A stretch of DNA of 56,316 nt, taken from positions 1-56,316 of the forward strand of contig DAOVET010000008.1 of NCBI GenBank assembly GCA_030668825.1, given 5' to 3'. Each line of letters starts with the position of its first letter. Position 1 is the first letter of the stretch. This document shows positions 36,116-47,200 of this stretch, in pieces. A program made the translations under genes and the position numbers. The notes under the pieces were generated by a model. That model made no database searches and had not been told where the DNA came from. It was given only the letters and a program-made list of their open reading frames with translations. The stretch comes from Candidatus Heimdallarchaeota archaeon (GTDB lineage Archaea; Asgardarchaeota; Heimdallarchaeia; Heimdallarchaeales; Heimdallarchaeaceae).

Positions 36116-37534
36116 ATGATATTAGAACAGAAAAAACGTATGTTAGACATTTTAGAATATGTAATCAACAAAGTGTCTCTCTCTTCGAAAGATTTCCTTG
36201 ATATTAGATATGCATATGCAATGGGAGAATCTTTCACAGTTAGAAACGGTAGATTTGACAGTGTTAGTAATCAAACTACTGGAGGGATTGCAATTAGAGC
36301 CTTGATTGACAATGCTTGGGGTTTTACAACTATTGTCAAAATAGATAAGGAATCAATATTGCAAGCTGCTGAAAAGGCTGTGAGAATGGCACGAACTGGT
36401 TCAAAATATACCAAACAAGAAAGAAGTATTAGTGACAGTTGGGTATTTGAAGGAAAGGGATCAACAGCTATTGAGATAGATCCTCGAGCGGTAGATAAAG
36501 AGGTCAAGTTTGAGAAAGTTGTTAAAACAGAAAAAGCAGCTAGAGAGTATTCTGATTCAATTGCTGAATCTTCCTCAACTTATCAAGAATCCCATGGAAA
36601 TGAGATTATTATTAATAGTAAAGGAACCAAAGTTGAAAATGAAACTCATGTAATACGACTTATGGAAAACGTCATAGGAAGAGAAGGAACAAAAATGCAA
36701 AGTGTTTTTGATTCCACTGGTGGAGCTGGAGGATGGGAACTAATTGAGAAATGGGATCCTGAAAAAGAAGGGTTAAAAGCTGCAATTATGGCTGAAAAAC
36801 TATTAATTGCTAAGGAACCTCCATCAGGAAAAATGAATGTAGTTATGGATCCATCGTTAACTGGAGTTTTCATTCATGAAGCTTTTGGGCACGCATGTGA
36901 AGCCGATGCCATTATAGCTAAAACATCAGTTCTTGAGGGAAGAATTGGTGAGAAAGTCGGGGTTGAAGAAATTTATGTTTATGATGATCCTACTGTCAAA
37001 GGATTAAGAGGATCTTTTGCTTATGATTCAGAAGGAACCAAAGCTCGAAAACGAGTTCTTGTTGAGGGTGGTATTCTTAGGGAGTACTTCCACACTTTAG
37101 AAACTGCAACAGCTTTAGGAATGGAACCCAATGGTTCCGGTCGAGCGATGAATTTCAATGTGACACCTCAAGCTAGAATGGGTAACACATATGTTGATGG
37201 AGGAGAGATGACAATTGATGAAATTGCTGAAATCGCTAAAGATGGAGTCTATCTGAAGAACTCCTATGGTGGATATGTCATGCCTGCTAAAGGACAATTC
37301 TACTTTTCTTGCCAAATGGGATACTTCATAGAAAACGGTGAAATAACAGATATGATGGGGAACGTTGGTATGTCAGGAATGACATTAGAAGTACTACAGA
37401 ACACCTTTGCAATTGGAAAGCCTTGGGAACCTGCGTTCGAGGGTACTTGCGGAAAGGGAGGCCAATGGGTTCCAGTAACTGGAGGAGGCCCGAATCTGGC
37501 TGTATCTAATCTTGTTGTTGGAGGATCAAAATAA
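36116..37534 (+). CDS. tldD: TldD family metalloprotease
   Basis: GVFIHEAFGHACEAD (HExxxH), YDSEG, RMGNTY and C-terminal CGKGGQ. Confidence 0.93.
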   Translation: MILEQKKRMLDILEYVINKVSLSSKDFLDIRYAYAMGESFTVRNGRFDSVSNQTTGGIAIRALIDNAWGFTTIVKIDKESILQAAEKAVRMARTGSKYTKQERSISDSWVFEGKGSTAIEIDPRAVDKEVKFEKVVKTEKAAREYSDSIAESSSTYQESHGNEIIINSKGTKVENETHVIRLMENVIGREGTKMQSVFDSTGGAGGWELIEKWDPEKEGLKAAIMAEKLLIAKEPPSGKMNVVMDPSLTGVFIHEAFGHACEADAIIAKTSVLEGRIGEKVGVEEIYVYDDPTVKGLRGSFAYDSEGTKARKRVLVEGGILREYFHTLETATALGMEPNGSGRAMNFNVTPQARMGNTYVDGGEMTIDEIAEIAKDGVYLKNSYGGYVMPAKGQFYFSCQMGYFIENGEITDMMGNVGMSGMTLEVLQNTFAIGKPWEPAFEGTCGKGGQWVPVTGGGPNLAVSNLVVGGSK

Positions 37535-38883
37535 TGTCAACTGAAGAAAATCTTCACGATCTAGCTGAATATGTTATCAAATATGGTACATCCCTCGGTG
37601 CAGACCAAGTTGAAGCATACACAATATTTGGGTCTGTAAAAAGTATTCAAATTGAACGTGGTTCTATTAGACGTTTTACAGATACTAGTAATTCTGGTTT
37701 AGGAGTTCGAGTTATAAAGAACAATGCAATAGGGATGGCATCTACAACCATTTTTACAGAAGAATCACTAGAAAAAACTATTAAGGATGCTTATGCTCTT
37801 GCAGAAGTAAGCCCTCCTGATCCAAATTTCAAATCTTTACCTTATGATCCTAGAACAGCTCCTACAATTTCTGGTCGATATGATAAAGCAATAGTAGATA
37901 TTTCAGTTGAAGAATTTACAGATCTAATTCTTGATTCCATTCAAAAAGCATCTGTTAGAGATGATGCAGTTATAAGCGGAAATTTCAATGCGGGAATAGG
38001 GGAAAGATATATTCTAAATTCCGAAGGTGTAGACAGATTTGCATCACAAACTTCCGTAACTGGTTATCTAGGTGTCAAGATTCAAGAAGGTGAAGATATA
38101 GGTAACGCTTATTATTATGATGCTGCAACCCAAATGAAAAACTTTGATCATATCAAAATTGGAATAGAAGCTGGATTACGTTCTCAAAAAATGTTAGGTT
38201 CTCAAAAAATCGAACCAACCTCATTGCCACTCCGACTTGATCCAGATAGTACTTATGGAACAATAAGTCCCATACTTTCTAGTGGAATTAATGCTTTCAG
38301 TGTCTTTAATAAAACAGCTTTCTTTATAGATAAAATTGGTGATGCAATTGCTTCATCAAAGCTGACAATAACTGATGACCCATTTATTCCAGAAGGGACA
38401 GATTCTGCAGGTTTCGATGACGAAGGAGTTGTCCCTAAGAAACTTACTCTAGTTGAAAAAGGTATTCTAAAAACCTACATTACAGATTCTTATACTGCTC
38501 CTTTAGTTGGATTAGAAAACACTGGCCACGCATCAAGGAGTTCATTTGCTTCAAGACCACAACCAGCGCCTTACACAATGAAAATAAAAGCTGGTTCTGT
38601 TTCAAAGGATGATTTACTTGCAGATATGAAAGAAGGGATATATCTGATGTCTTCTTCTATTCATTCACAAGGAGATAATCCACAAGTCTCAGCTCAAATC
38701 AATCAAGGTTTTTATGTAAAGGATGGAGAACTACAATATCCTGTTAAGAATGCAGTCATGGGATGTACAATTTTTGAGATATTTGAGAAAATTGAAAATA
38801 TGAGCAAGGAAACAGAAAATCGTAGCGGACATGAGGCTCCTTGGATGTTACTTTCTCCACTTCGTGTAAGTGGAGGTAAGTAA
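37534..38883 (+). CDS. tldE: TldE/PmbA family protein
   Basis: GADQVE, FDDEG, TGHASR and YPVK motifs, with no HExxxH. It is coupled to tldD. Confidence 0.9.
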   Translation: MSTEENLHDLAEYVIKYGTSLGADQVEAYTIFGSVKSIQIERGSIRRFTDTSNSGLGVRVIKNNAIGMASTTIFTEESLEKTIKDAYALAEVSPPDPNFKSLPYDPRTAPTISGRYDKAIVDISVEEFTDLILDSIQKASVRDDAVISGNFNAGIGERYILNSEGVDRFASQTSVTGYLGVKIQEGEDIGNAYYYDAATQMKNFDHIKIGIEAGLRSQKMLGSQKIEPTSLPLRLDPDSTYGTISPILSSGINAFSVFNKTAFFIDKIGDAIASSKLTITDDPFIPEGTDSAGFDDEGVVPKKLTLVEKGILKTYITDSYTAPLVGLENTGHASRSSFASRPQPAPYTMKIKAGSVSKDDLLADMKEGIYLMSSSIHSQGDNPQVSAQINQGFYVKDGELQYPVKNAVMGCTIFEIFEKIENMSKETENRSGHEAPWMLLSPLRVSGGK

Positions 38884-38932
38884 TTTTATTCAAAACATAA
38901 AATTTATTGAATACATAAGAGTTTATCATCTA

Positions 38933-39817
38933 ATGGTAAGAATAGGACTAGCAGCTACTGCAAATATTCTCTCAATTGGAGGGAATATAATTTTGATGAC
39001 TTTGAAATTGGTAATTGGATCTATTTTTGGATCAATTAGTTTGATAGCTGATGGTTTTGATTCAGTTCTAGATCTTGTTTCTGCATCTATAGCAGGAGTT
39101 GGAGAAAAAAGAAGCAGAAAGCCCGCAGATCAGGACCACCCTTTTGGGCATCATAAATTTCAGATGGTATCAAGCTTAGTTATTGCTTCTACTATGTTTC
39201 TTTCTTCTTATTTTATTGCTGAAAATGCAATATCCAAACTTGCAGAGGGGATACCTTATGATTTAGAAATATTAGTTCTTGTCGCTGCAGTTATTTCTTT
39301 CGTAGGCAAAATACTTCTTTACATTGGTGTCATGACAATTGGAAAGAAGCTAAATTCTGCCGTATACATAGCAAATGCCAAAAACTATAGAACAGATGCA
39401 ATTTCCTCTGTTTTTGTAGGGTTTGCATATCTTGGCGTCAAATATAATGTTTGGTGGTTAGATCCTGCTTTTGCTTTGGTTATAGTATGTTTAATTTTGT
39501 ACACTGGTTATGAAATAACTAAGAGTTCTCTTCCCGAGTTACTAGATAAAGGACCACCACAAGAAATAGTTGATAAACTAAAGGAAAAAGTGCTTTCTTT
39601 TGAACACGTAGAAGAAGTACATATCATTAGATTAAGATCCGTTTTAGGTTCTTATACAGGAGACTTTCATATCCTAGTTAATCCAAAGCTTTCAATTATT
39701 GAAGCTCATGAGATCTCTGAAAAAGTTAAAGCTGAATTAGAAAAGGATAGTGATTTCAAAGATTTGATCATACATATTGAACCAGCTCTCCCAGAAGAGC
39801 TGTTGGAGTCAAAATGA
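38933..39817 (+). CDS. Cation diffusion facilitator transporter (FieF-like)
   Basis: SLIADGFDS..D, PAD.DHPFGH, RTDAISS and EAHEI...IHIEP. The start was set at ATG 38933. Confidence 0.92.
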   Translation: MVRIGLAATANILSIGGNIILMTLKLVIGSIFGSISLIADGFDSVLDLVSASIAGVGEKRSRKPADQDHPFGHHKFQMVSSLVIASTMFLSSYFIAENAISKLAEGIPYDLEILVLVAAVISFVGKILLYIGVMTIGKKLNSAVYIANAKNYRTDAISSVFVGFAYLGVKYNVWWLDPAFALVIVCLILYTGYEITKSSLPELLDKGPPQEIVDKLKEKVLSFEHVEEVHIIRLRSVLGSYTGDFHILVNPKLSIIEAHEISEKVKAELEKDSDFKDLIIHIEPALPEELLESK

Positions 39818-39822
39818 TCACT

Positions 39823-40284
39823 CTATTGTAAAGATCTCTTCTTTCTCTTCCAAGCTGTTAATATTAAGCCAATTTCACCGCTATGATGAATCAAATGATG
39901 AATGTATTCGTATAGCCAATCTTCAACAGAGAGACTAAATTCTTTATACACTCTTGCTTCATTCAGATGTTCTTCTTTGAGATCTACAAATTTCTCTTCA
40001 ATCGCTATAAAAACATCATTATACTTCTCTACAAGTTCATCAAGAGTATATTGATCAATGCTTTCCTCGAAATGATAACCTTCTTCATAATTATTCATTA
40101 TTACATTGGCTATCCACAACTGATCATGTATTACATGTTCTATTATCCATCTTACTGAATTCAAAGATTCATGTATTTGCCATTCAAGAATGTCTTCTGG
40201 TAAATGAACAAGAAATTCGCGGAATGCATCATGGGCTTTTTTGATTATATCCTGGAAAAATAGTTCTTTAGAATTGGATTGCAT
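39823..40284 (-). CDS. DinB family protein
   Basis: NSVRWIIEH and H..HH.GEI motifs. Confidence 0.85.
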   Translation of the reverse strand: MQSNSKELFFQDIIKKAHDAFREFLVHLPEDILEWQIHESLNSVRWIIEHVIHDQLWIANVIMNNYEEGYHFEESIDQYTLDELVEKYNDVFIAIEEKFVDLKEEHLNEARVYKEFSLSVEDWLYEYIHHLIHHSGEIGLILTAWKRKKRSLQ

Positions 40285-40382
40285 TGGTATGATAAGATTC
40301 GCTTTGAATATTTAAGATATCTCCTCTGTAAAATTCAATTGAGATGAAAGATTTTTAATCCCTTGATTTCAATAATATTTCA

Positions 40383-41738
40383 ATGCTGAAACAACACTTT
40401 GAAACTGAAGTACTCATCGTTGGTGCAGGGCCAGCAGGAGTAAGCTTGGCCATTAATCTTGGAAAGAGAAACATTTCAACAATACTGATAGATCAAAAAC
40501 CAAAGAGAGATGTAGGTTATAAGCCATGTGGAGATGCATTGAGTCCAAATTCAACAAGAAGATTATTTGAGCTCTCTGGAATAATGCAACCAAGAGGTGA
40601 AGAAGTTGCTGAGAACCTTGCTTCAGCACATTTTCGTCCTGTTCTGGATTTCGAATTATCTATAGACTTTACTTCACAGACTATTGATAGGTTAAAATAT
40701 GGTCAAAGACTGCTAAAATCTCTTACAGATTATGCAAGTGTAACCTTCAAACCAAATCATAAAGCGATTGAAACAATAATTGATAATAACAAGGTAGTGG
40801 GATGTAAAATCCGACAGTCCAACGGCAAAATTATTAGTATCTATGCAAAGATAGTTGCTGATTGTTCTGGTATCACAGGTATCGTTAGAAGAACCATCCC
40901 TGATTCAGTATGCAATAAGTTCTCAAAAAAACTGCTTAAACAAGAAACTATCGTTTCTTACAGAGAGATTATCGAAACCTCTAAACCACATGATTATCAA
41001 AAGCAAATGAGAATAGAATATCATGAAGAGATGCCACCTCCTGGATATTTCTGGATTTTTTCTAAAGGAGAAAAGCAGTTGAATATTGGAGTTGGTTGGT
41101 TACTGAATGATAATAACAAAGATTCGAATGTTAAAAACATTTTAGAAATACTTCGGAAAAAAATCTTTCCAGATTCTAAAGTTTTAGACGGAGCAGGAGA
41201 CACTCTTCCTGGTCGCTTACCACAATATTCAATGGTTTGTGATGGATTTATCACTTGTGGAGATGCAGCTACTCTTGTTAATCCAATAAGTGGTGAAGGG
41301 CATGGACCAGCGTTATTAAGTGCATACTATGCTTCAGAAATTGTTGAGTTAGCAATAAGAAATCAAGATCTCAGTGAGAGTTTTCTCTGGAAATATAACA
41401 TCAAAATATGGAAGGAGTATGGCTATGATGGAGGGTTAGGTGTAGCTGTTCACAAGCTGCTTAACTCAGTTCCTTTCAGCGATTTTTCTTTTCTTTTTGA
41501 GAAAGGTATTATCTCTCAAAAAGATGTTGACTCCATAATGTATTCAACAGCTGTTAAACTACCTATAGTGCAAAAGGTTTTCAAAGGTTTAAGAAAACCC
41601 AAATTACTCATTAAAGTTGCTAAAGGTTTACTTCTTGCAGAAAAAATAAAGAAACTTTCTCAAAATTATCCAGAAAAACCAGAAAAATTTGATAGATGGG
41701 TTAAGAAAATTAAAAAAATTGAAAGAAAACGAATTTAA
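40383..41738 (+). CDS. Geranylgeranyl reductase family flavoprotein (DGGGPL reductase-like)
   Basis: IVGAGPAG, KPCGDA, GYFWIF, NIGVG and GDAA..VNP.SGEG motifs. Confidence 0.9.
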   Translation: MLKQHFETEVLIVGAGPAGVSLAINLGKRNISTILIDQKPKRDVGYKPCGDALSPNSTRRLFELSGIMQPRGEEVAENLASAHFRPVLDFELSIDFTSQTIDRLKYGQRLLKSLTDYASVTFKPNHKAIETIIDNNKVVGCKIRQSNGKIISIYAKIVADCSGITGIVRRTIPDSVCNKFSKKLLKQETIVSYREIIETSKPHDYQKQMRIEYHEEMPPPGYFWIFSKGEKQLNIGVGWLLNDNNKDSNVKNILEILRKKIFPDSKVLDGAGDTLPGRLPQYSMVCDGFITCGDAATLVNPISGEGHGPALLSAYYASEIVELAIRNQDLSESFLWKYNIKIWKEYGYDGGLGVAVHKLLNSVPFSDFSFLFEKGIISQKDVDSIMYSTAVKLPIVQKVFKGLRKPKLLIKVAKGLLLAEKIKKLSQNYPEKPEKFDRWVKKIKKIERKRI

Positions 41739-43588
41739 TCAAAAACTGCTCTTCCGTCTCCCATCTGGATTATTCGGTCACAAACTTTTGCAATTTCTAA
41801 ATCATGAGTTACCAAAATAACTGCTGTATTCTTTTCCTTAGCAAATCTTCTTATTAAGTCAATAACTACCTGACCCGTTTCTGAATCCAAATCACCTGTT
41901 GGTTCATCTGCAAAAAGGACCGCAGGATCATTTATCATGGCTCTTGCAATGGTAACTCTTTGCATTTGTCCGCCAGACAGCTTAATTGGAAACTGATTCT
42001 GATATCTTTCCAATCCAACTTCTTTTATCAATTCGATTGCCTTTGCTCTTGCTTCTTTCTTTGGTCGATTTATCATCAGAGCAGGTAACATAACATTTTC
42101 GAGAACTGTTAACTGGGGAATTAGATTGTAATATTGGAAAATGAAACCCATATTTCTTCGTCTAAACATCGAGACTTCTGCATCAGTCATTGTATCTATG
42201 TTTCTACCTAAAAGAAACACCGCGCCTCTACTTGGAGAATCTAACCCTGAAAGAAGATTTAGTAAGGTAGTCTTTCCACTCCCACTTGGTCCAACTAAAG
42301 CAGCCATTTCTCCTTTCTTAAGTTCAACATCTATTCCACGTAAAGCATAAACTGTAGACCCAATAAGACGATATGTCTTGAAAAGTGCAACACCTTTCAG
42401 AATTATATCTGTATCTACAGATATTTTTTCTACTTTTTCTAGAGAAACTTCAGTTGGAATAGTTTGGAAATAGGCTAAATCACGAAACTTATCTGAAAAG
42501 AACTTCATTAACTGTATTTCTGACAATGCTTGGATGAATATCAAAGATACATCTTTAACATCTTTAACTTCTCTTTCAGGAACATCTTGGAACCTATTTA
42601 TAATACTAAGTAATGTTTGATAATTATGTTTTACTTTCGTTTGAAGATTATTCAACCGATCAATATGACTAGAACAATCCATAATTGAATCTAGTAACAT
42701 TAAGTAATCTAATAATGGAGGATAATCGAGTTTTTTAACTTCTTCAACTAGTTCATTTCTTACTTCAGCAATTCGGTTAATTTGCTTTAATTGAACAGAA
42801 ATTACTTGTTGTGTTGAAGAAAGCAAACCAAAAATTACTCTCAGTGTTCTCCATAGTTTATTACTCATATTCTCTTCTAAATTCTTAACCTTTTTAGAAT
42901 CTTGTAACAAGTTCTCAAGCATCAGTATTGCTTCTTCTAAGGATTTCAATATAGGTTTGAGATTGTTTGAACAAGCTTTTCCAAATTGCATAATGAGCAA
43001 ATTTTCAGCTATTAATCTGAGAGGAATATTTTGTTTCTTATCACTTATTTCTCGTTTAAGGATCAGATCTGGAAACATAATAATATCTGGATAACCACTA
43101 GGAAAATCCCAAATGGCAATGAAGCTATTTAGCAGTACATCACTTACATGATAGATAACTCGTTCATCTATATCAGCAGCTTTTTCCTCAATATTTTCTA
43201 TCAAAGATTTGTTATTTTCAGATGTTGAACTTTTTACCAATTGAACAATCATTTTTGTTATATCTCGAATCTCAACATTTTTACGAATTTGTTTTGCATA
43301 GAGGCCACATTCTTTTTTACAGTAATCTTGTATTATTTTTTCAACTTGGCTGACAACAGTTTTTCTTTGTTCATCATTTCCAGCTTCTTCAAGAGGAAAA
43401 TTACATGTAAAGAAAAGAAAGGTATTAACCTCAAGTATATCTACTGACACAGCTTTTAGTTTCTGTTTTAGATATCTACGTACTTTTTTTGTCAATTTAT
43501 CAAGTGAATCTCTATTTAATTTGTTAATTAGAACACCTAGTGTAAGTTCCACAGTGCTGTATGTTGGTATCGTTACATTTTCGTTCAT
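41735..43588 (-). CDS. LolD/MacB-type ABC ATPase with a ~390-aa N-terminal extension of unknown function
   Basis: C-terminal GPSGSGKTT, FIFQYYNL, LSGGQMQR, FADEPTGDLD and VTHD. The ABC domain begins near residue 394. Confidence 0.88.
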   Translation of the reverse strand: MNENVTIPTYSTVELTLGVLINKLNRDSLDKLTKKVRRYLKQKLKAVSVDILEVNTFLFFTCNFPLEEAGNDEQRKTVVSQVEKIIQDYCKKECGLYAKQIRKNVEIRDITKMIVQLVKSSTSENNKSLIENIEEKAADIDERVIYHVSDVLLNSFIAIWDFPSGYPDIIMFPDLILKREISDKKQNIPLRLIAENLLIMQFGKACSNNLKPILKSLEEAILMLENLLQDSKKVKNLEENMSNKLWRTLRVIFGLLSSTQQVISVQLKQINRIAEVRNELVEEVKKLDYPPLLDYLMLLDSIMDCSSHIDRLNNLQTKVKHNYQTLLSIINRFQDVPEREVKDVKDVSLIFIQALSEIQLMKFFSDKFRDLAYFQTIPTEVSLEKVEKISVDTDIILKGVALFKTYRLIGSTVYALRGIDVELKKGEMAALVGPSGSGKTTLLNLLSGLDSPSRGAVFLLGRNIDTMTDAEVSMFRRRNMGFIFQYYNLIPQLTVLENVMLPALMINRPKKEARAKAIELIKEVGLERYQNQFPIKLSGGQMQRVTIARAMINDPAVLFADEPTGDLDSETGQVVIDLIRRFAKEKNTAVILVTHDLEIAKVCDRIIQMGDGRAVFD

Positions 43589-44289
43589 TTTTCCACCTGC
43601 TTCCCATCATCAACAATCTCTCCATCTACAATGCGGATAATTCTATGGCAAAATTTCGCTATATGTTCTGAATGAGTAACAACAAGAAATGTTTGTTTGT
43701 AATTTTCATTAATTGAAACAAATAAATTCATAATATCTGTTGAAGTATCTTGGTCTAAATCTCCAGTTGGCTCATCACCAAGAATAATTGCAGGATTCAT
43801 TAAGAGGGCTCTTGATACAGCTACTCTTTGTTGTTCTCCACCACTTAGCTCATTTGGAAGATGAAAAATCTTGTCACCCAGACCCATTTGTCTAAGCATC
43901 ATTTTTGCTTCTTCTTCAGCTTCCAACTTAGTGATGTTAGTCAATAGTAAAGGCAGAACTGTATTGTCTAATGCTGAAAGGAATTCAAACAGATTAAACA
44001 ACTGAAAAATATATCCTATATTATGAAGCCTAAATTCGGTTACTTCAATATCTGTTAATTGATTTATATCTTGATTGTTGATATAGATAGTTCCTTCTGA
44101 AGGTTGGTCAATCCCACCTAGAAGATTTAGAAGAGTGGTTTTTCCACATCCTGAAGGACCCATAATAGCAACCATCTCTCCTTTTTTGATTTCTATATCA
44201 ATACCTCTTAGAGCGTGTACTTCCATTGATGTTCCTTCAGCATATCTTTTATGCAGGTTTTTTGTTTTTAGTATTATTTCATCACTCAT
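43585..44289 (-). CDS. LolD/MacB-type ABC ATPase
   Basis: GPSGCGKTT, LSGGEQQR, DEPTGDLD and VTHS. SD GGTGAT upstream, and an ATGA overlap with the next gene. Confidence 0.93.
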   Translation of the reverse strand: MSDEIILKTKNLHKRYAEGTSMEVHALRGIDIEIKKGEMVAIMGPSGCGKTTLLNLLGGIDQPSEGTIYINNQDINQLTDIEVTEFRLHNIGYIFQLFNLFEFLSALDNTVLPLLLTNITKLEAEEEAKMMLRQMGLGDKIFHLPNELSGGEQQRVAVSRALLMNPAIILGDEPTGDLDQDTSTDIMNLFVSINENYKQTFLVVTHSEHIAKFCHRIIRIVDGEIVDDGKQVEK

Positions 44290-44293
44290 AGTA

Positions 44294-47200
44294 TCACCCT
44301 ACATATCGAATAGCTTCAGCTGGAGTTATTTGACTCGCTCTTATTCCTGGGACTATTGAAGCTATAATAGCAATTCCGATCATAATCCCCGTATAAATCA
44401 ATATTCTCCAGCCTGGGAGAATTAAAGTCCAATCATAGATGTTAGCAAAAGACCACCCTAACATCAAGCTATTTAGGAACCCCATGACTAGACCTAGTAA
44501 AGCTAGGATAAATATTTCGATCATGATTGTACCAATAATTTGTCTTTTTTTGTAACCTATCGCTCTCATCATACCAATTTCTCTTCTCCTCTCCGCTACA
44601 TTTCTAACTGCTATTATTATCATTCCAAGAGCTCCAACAATTAGACCAAATCCTACAAAGTACTGTAGGAAATCAAATGTTTTTACTTGGAAATCTACAA
44701 GTTCTAACATAACTTCCCATACATTATAAGCAGATGCTGCAACAAAATCTTCGTTTTGAACAAGTAAAGATCCATTACCATTGAAAAATTCTTCAATATT
44801 GCTTGCTATTTCTGTGTTTCTTCCAATTCTAAAATCCTCGCTAGTGCTAACCAAATATCTTGTATGTTTTGGATAAAGTGCAAAGTTTGGAATTAGTTTA
44901 GGATAGAAATCAGGGGTTATTAGAAGTGAAGGTAAACCCTGGGATTGACTGAAAGGATATTGTCTAACATTTGCTAAAACAATCACTTCAATTGGGGTTC
45001 CAATAAAACTGGTAATATTAAATATGTTACCTGGAAGAAGAAAGGGACTTGTAGTTAATACAGTAGGTAAACCTTCCACATTATCAATTTCTGTTCCATC
45101 TCTACTAAATTTCGTTCGGTTGTAGTAATAATCCCATATCTGATGACTATATTCTCTTTGATAATTTTCAGAACCTCCTGGTCTGTAATCTTCAAAGAAA
45201 TAAGGTAAAGAAGTATCAAACATGAAGTCAAATATGTAATCATCCCCTTCCTTGAAAGTATCATTATAAATCAAGTGAACATATGATGGAAAGATATCCG
45301 TGGGTATTTCAAGTTCACTTACTTCTTCATCTACTTGTATTAAAGCAATTGTTGAATTAATTCCTTTTACATTGGTAATAGCTTCATCAACTGCATAAAG
45401 GTCTTGTTCAACGTTTACAAGCGTTTCATTTGCAATCGGAGTGTCTAACTCAATAAATATAGGGGCTCCGCCACTTAGAAACTCAACAGATTCTAATGTA
45501 TTGTATGCATAAGTTGATTGATAGACAGCAGCAAAAATATTCATTGTTAAAACGAGAGCAAAGATCCCAAAAGTTAAAGAGCTTCTCATACTTTTAGAAG
45601 TCATATATTTGCTTGAAATCAAAGATACTCCTTTTTTCAAACGTGTTTTATATAAAACTGTTCTGAAGAAATTAGTTACTGATTTTAAATTCACACCCAC
45701 CCAAATAATAGATCCTAAGGCTAGAACAACTGCAAGAGTCACTAGAATCTGACTATTTTCTCGAACATCTTTTAATTGAGTTACACTGAAAATTAACATT
45801 GCTATTGCTATACCAACAAAAGTAAGACCTATACCATTTCCTAAAAATTTCCTCGAAAATAAATATCCGAGTAAAAAACTCACACCTATTAAAAACGCAG
45901 CTGCTGCGCCCATAAACATCCATTGCTCGATTGCAGTATCCCATCCCGCTTTTGTGAAAAACGAACCATAAACAGTATACTGAGCTGCAAAGATACCAAT
46001 TCCACCTAGAAGAAAAGTTAATCCAAACCCCAAAGTAATTTTACCTGTTCTTTTTCTACCTACTTTCTTTATTCCTCTAATAACTTCAATTACATCTATT
46101 CTAGAAGCTCTTATAGCAGGAAATACACCTGCTCCTACAGACAAAATAAGTCCAAGGACAATAGAATAGACAACAGCTCCTATTGTTACAGTAGGTTTTA
46201 AGTCAATTACTCCATCAAAAAAGGTTTGTCCTATACGATTTACTAGGAAAGCTGACATGCCATATCCTCCAGCAACTCCCAGAAATGAACCGATAAATCC
46301 CAAAACTGTTGATTCTACCATAAATAGTCTTACAATTTCTCTCCTTCTAGCTCCAATTGCTCTTAAAATCCCTAATTGTTGAATTCTATCCTCGACTTGA
46401 ATAAGTTGAATATTTACTAGAAGCAAAATTCCTGAAAATATAATCAAAGCACCAAAAAGATTGAAAGCTAGTAGAACATCAGCTAAAACTTCATCTGTTA
46501 TGTCCAGAAGTAAAGCTCTAAATGCTACTATTATCAAGCCAGTATTTTCTGCATCAAGAATCAATTTCAATTGACCTTCTACGAATATTGCGTAGTCATT
46601 ATCTACTGGATTTTCTTTATGATTAGAACTTAATGCTATATTTATATCTGTACACTGATTAGGTGCAAAGCCTACTATAGATCTAATATTATCGATACTT
46701 GTCCAAAGTGCTCTTCCACCAAATTCTTTTCCCTTCCCCTCATCGTTGAGAAAACCTACTACTTTCAAATCATAAGTCTTGTAATCAAATTTAAGTCCAA
46801 TGGGATCAAATTCTCCTATTCTTATTTTGATATTCGATCCAACTGCAACATTCAAATCATCTATCAAGTTAGAACCTAGTAAAACATGTGATTCATTTGA
46901 AAAATGTCTTATTAAATCAAGTTTTCTCATTTCCGTGCCATTTTCATCATAAAACTTGCCAAATACCGGATCCTCGTTTAGTTCTACCCCCGTAAAACTT
47001 ACCCTCTTTTCTAAATCACCAGATTCAAGATTATAAACTGCTACATTTTGCGATATTCTAGCATTAATCGCAGCATAATCAACTACAGAATTATCAATTG
47101 TATCAATGATTGATTCATAATCAGTAATTGGTAAACCAAAACCACTGATTACTATGTCATTCTCTCCTATAGCATCCACAAAGAAATCTACAGCTGTTGA

